Below are positions 57,179 to 64,000 of a stretch of 64,000 bases of DNA, one piece after another (the stretch's first letter is position 1; each line of letters opens with the position of its first letter). The position numbers and the translations under genes are program-made. The notes beneath the pieces were generated by a model that saw only the letters and a list, made by a program, of their open reading frames with translations, was not told where the DNA came from and did not search any database. Source of the stretch: the human T2T-CHM13v2.0 reference genome, Homo sapiens; the NCBI RefSeq assembly GCF_009914755.1, contig NC_060930.1; one strand, 5' to 3'.

Positions 57179-58764
57179 TGGCCTGATTAAAAATGAAAGA
57201 CAATAAAAAATATATTTTGTCCTGAAAAATAGAAACAATAAGGAATATGTGAACGAAATCGATTTCAGTCCTTCCTCCCCTATGCATAATTCATTGATTT
57301 TGAACATTAGTCCTGTTTTAGACCAGTGCCTGTATGTGCTGGTGTTTTTTTCTGAGAATAGAAAAGGAGTCTTTTGTTCTTTTGATTTCCCTTTATAAAA
57401 CTATTGCTAATACTTTGCTGTATGACTGGTATATGATTTTCTTTATGAGTATAGCTGAAGGTGGGTTCTTACTTAGGGAATTTGCTATTTACATTTTATT
57501 CCTCGGCTGCTAACTTCTAGTTCTCAACTCTATTGAAGGCAATGGTTAATCGAAAAAAAAAAGAAAAGAATTATTTGTCAGCAAATGCCTGTCACAAATA
57601 CTCACTCTTCGTAGCCCAATTGTATATGCCTATAAACTGAAGTTTTTATTTATATTTACGAACGTGCTTAATGAAACAATGAAAGTATAAAAAATGCCAA
57701 TTGTAGGTCTGCAATTTATCTGTATTTGATCTGATAAATTCTGGAGTGTGTACTTCCCATAAACCTTGCTTTAAAATAGTTTTATGTTATTCCAACATCC
57801 AAACTCTTAATGTTTTAAGGACTGGCAAGTAGGTCACCCCATGGGGGTGTGCAGTGGTGAATGAGGACATGTAGGGTCAGTTTTAAAAAGCTGGCAGAGT
57901 CAGCTCCTTTTCTCCCCATTTAGCTGATGATAAAACATGGATTTGGATATACCAAGCCAGGGGGGCGGCAGATGTCTCACCGACTCTCTGTAAACACTCT
58001 GGTCATATTGACCTATCATCTGTCCATCACTCACCTTTCTCAGCTCAGGCTGTCCACCTGACTCATCATAAGGGGCTCAGCGGCAAAACTGCAAACTTCA
58101 CTAAGATGCTAACAATGTTTCTTTTTCTCTCAAAAACAGTGAGCTTGTTTCATTTTTGGGATTGTTCCAAGTCCTCCTCACAACCCGGTGTGAAAGAGCA
58201 TCCACATTCAATTTACTCAGTACAGCATACTGACCTTCAATGTGTTTCTTATAAAAAATAAACTTTAATGAGGGCTCAAGGAGGTATGGGATTGCTTGAA
58301 GGCCATCTGCAGTAATAGCTTCGCTTTTTAGGGCCATTTCTTTCTCATCTATGTTACAAGCTCTTAGCTTTTTAAAAATATATGTGCTGATTCTTGGAGG
58401 AGATAGTGAAAAAAATCTTGCTCTTAAGAAAAGAGGTTTAAAAATTCAGCGGTTAAAAGAATATATATTTATGTTTTTTGACATGATATGACACTGATTA
58501 GTTACTTAGAATCTCACTTATTTAACAATGTTTCTTACTGGTAAATTTTAGTTAAATAAAATTGAAGCAGGAAGATCAGTGTTTAATATGTTCTCCCACT
58601 AAATGGAAAGATCATGTATTCTACTATAACTGCCAGTTTGTTTTCCAAAAAGTTAGTAACAACTGAGACTTTTACCAAAGGCATATGAAAATATCTGTTT
58701 TTCTACAGCTTATCAATCTTTTACATTTTTGTCAATTTGTAGGCCATAAATGAGAACATTATTT

Positions 58765-59620
58765 GTCAAGTCTCAAAGATGTGAGGCAACATGGCACATT
58801 AATAGAATGTTGAGTTGCAGTTACAACATAAGGAGTATGTGGAGGTGACAGGAGATGAGGTTACATATGGGAAGAAAACAGATGGTTCTGGGTGGTGTGT
58901 GGTGTGTGTGCACGTACAATGCTGTGCCAAGGATTGGACCTTATCCTGGGGAAATAGGAAAACCGTGGAAGCATTTTACAGAATAGAGTTGTGTGATTAG
59001 ATATCATTTTGAAGCTAATTTTAGTAGGTTTTTTTTTTCGGGTTGATTTCAGATTGCAGGCAGGAAACTTTGATCATATTCCAGAGAGGAGATAATGAGG
59101 ACTGGAATTGAATCAGTACTGTGGGGATGGAGAATAAGGCACAGTTGTTACAGAGCTGAGGTAGACTACACTCATTGCCTTTGGGTGTTTTGTCTAAATA
59201 ATTTTCAGATTTGGGTGCCCGAGAAACTGAGAAAATGATGATGCTGTTAATATGGAGAAAATACAAGAAGAGATAAGGGTTGAGGGAAAAGATAATAAAT
59301 TCAATTTTAGACAGGTAAAGTTGGAGGGGGCACAAGGAATACTTCAACCAAGAGGCCTAGAAGATAGGAGAATTGGGTATGGAACTCAGGAAAGAGCTCT
59401 TTCTAAAGATGTGAATTTAGGATATGGTCACATGTAGGCAGTAGTAAATGCCATCTTCTGGATGAGATCAATGGGAGAATATAGCTACTGAGAAGAAAAT
59501 ATGACAGAGATTGGAACTCTGAGGGGTATAACATTCAAGGGACAGATAGAAGAAAAATAGTCCACATAATGAGTGCTTAGAAAATTACTCATTTGAAAGA
59601 TGACAGTGGAGATTATATGA
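58765..59620 (-). mobile_element. L2 fragments
   Basis: AAATTCAATTTTAGACAGGTAAAGTTGGAG; GGAACTCAGGAAAGAG; CTGGATGAGATCA. Confidence 0.65.
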
Positions 59621-59640
59621 AAAAGTTGGTACTGTAATGT

Positions 59641-59683
<43 letters not shown>

Positions 59684-59705
59684 TACATGCATATATATGT
59701 GTATA
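59641..59705. repeat. (TA)n(CA)n microsatellite
   Basis: Seen directly. Confidence 0.9.
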
Positions 59706-59829
59706 GTAAGTATTGGCTTCCTTCTAGATTCTGGACCCACCCATTTATTAGTTTATTCTCATACCAAAATCCTGAATGATTACAGTGCCAGTTAACATGA
59801 CATTCTTGTTAGAACCAGAGTTACAAATC

Positions 59830-63496
<3,667 letters not shown>

Positions 63497-64000
63497 TGTG
63501 TCTGGAATTGGTGGGTTCTTGGTCTCCCTGACTTCAAGAATGAAGCCACGGACACTCACAGTGAGTGTTACAGTTCTTAAAGATGGTGTGTCTGGAGTTT
63601 GTTCCTTCAGATATTCAGATGTGTCTGGAGTTTCTTCCTTCTGGTGGGTTTGTGGTCTCACTGACTTCAGGAGTGAAGCTGTAGACCTTCATGGTGAGTG
63701 TTACAGCTCTTAAAGGTGGCGCGTCCAGAGTTCTTCATTCCTTCCATTGGGTTCGTGGTCTCACTGGCTTCAGGAGTGAAGCTGCAGACCTTCATGGTGA
63801 GTGTTACAGCTCATAAAGGTGGTGCAGACCCAAAGAGTGAGCAGCAGCAAGATTTATTGCAAAGAGCGAAAGAACAAAGCTTCCACAGCATGGAAGGGGA
63901 CCCGAGCGGGTTGCCGGGGCTGGCTTGGGCAGCCTGCTTTTATTCCCTTATCTGACCCCACCCACATCCTGCTGATTGGCCCATTTTACAGAGAGCTGAT
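63497..64000 (-). mobile_element. LTR12 (ERV9) LTR, running off the window edge
   Basis: TGTGTCTGGAATTGGTGGGTTCTTGGTCTC is the reverse complement of the LTR12 3' end; repeated CTTCAGGAGTGAAGCTG.AGACCTTC units. Confidence 0.95.
63937..63980 (-). promoter_or_regulatory. LTR12 core promoter motifs
   Basis: Minus strand: CCAAT 63979-63975, AGATAA about 63953-63948, TATA-like AATAAAAG 63944-63937. Confidence 0.6.

Noticed and set aside
58101-58337. 78-aa ATG ORF in unique sequence
   Set aside because: No recognisable domain or splice context; length within chance expectation

Overview
Primate (human-like) AT-rich genomic DNA dominated by interspersed repeats. I recognise no host protein-coding gene, RNA gene or CRISPR array. 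Nearly all ORFs in the track are L1, Alu, LTR or low-complexity fragments. Main architecture: (1) a rearranged L1/MaLR block at 0.7-4.4 kb with an inversion and fold-back hairpins; (2) old MIR, L2, MLT1, MST, LTR16 and LTR33 copies at 4-19 kb; (3) an L1M 5' end with a nested THE1 LTR, fused to a MER4-group (MER61-like) ERV that contains a 3.5-kb internally deleted L1PA; (4) Alus, MER44A and old L1M at 32-40 kb; (5) an MST element whose 3' LTR is split by an 8.4-kb tandem L1 unit (1.5-kb sister copy, spacer, full-length L1PA7-like element with a nested AluY); (6) a second, oppositely oriented L1PA7/8-like element interrupted by LTR12 at the right edge. I cannot support a new biological system. 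The most interesting signals are unusual retrotransposition or repair products, an intact ORF0-homologous frame in an old L1, a p53-like element in the ERV LTR, and a few unverified plus-strand exon candidates. Subfamily names come from recalled consensus motifs and need RepeatMasker/Dfam confirmation. Boundaries of old repeats are approximate.
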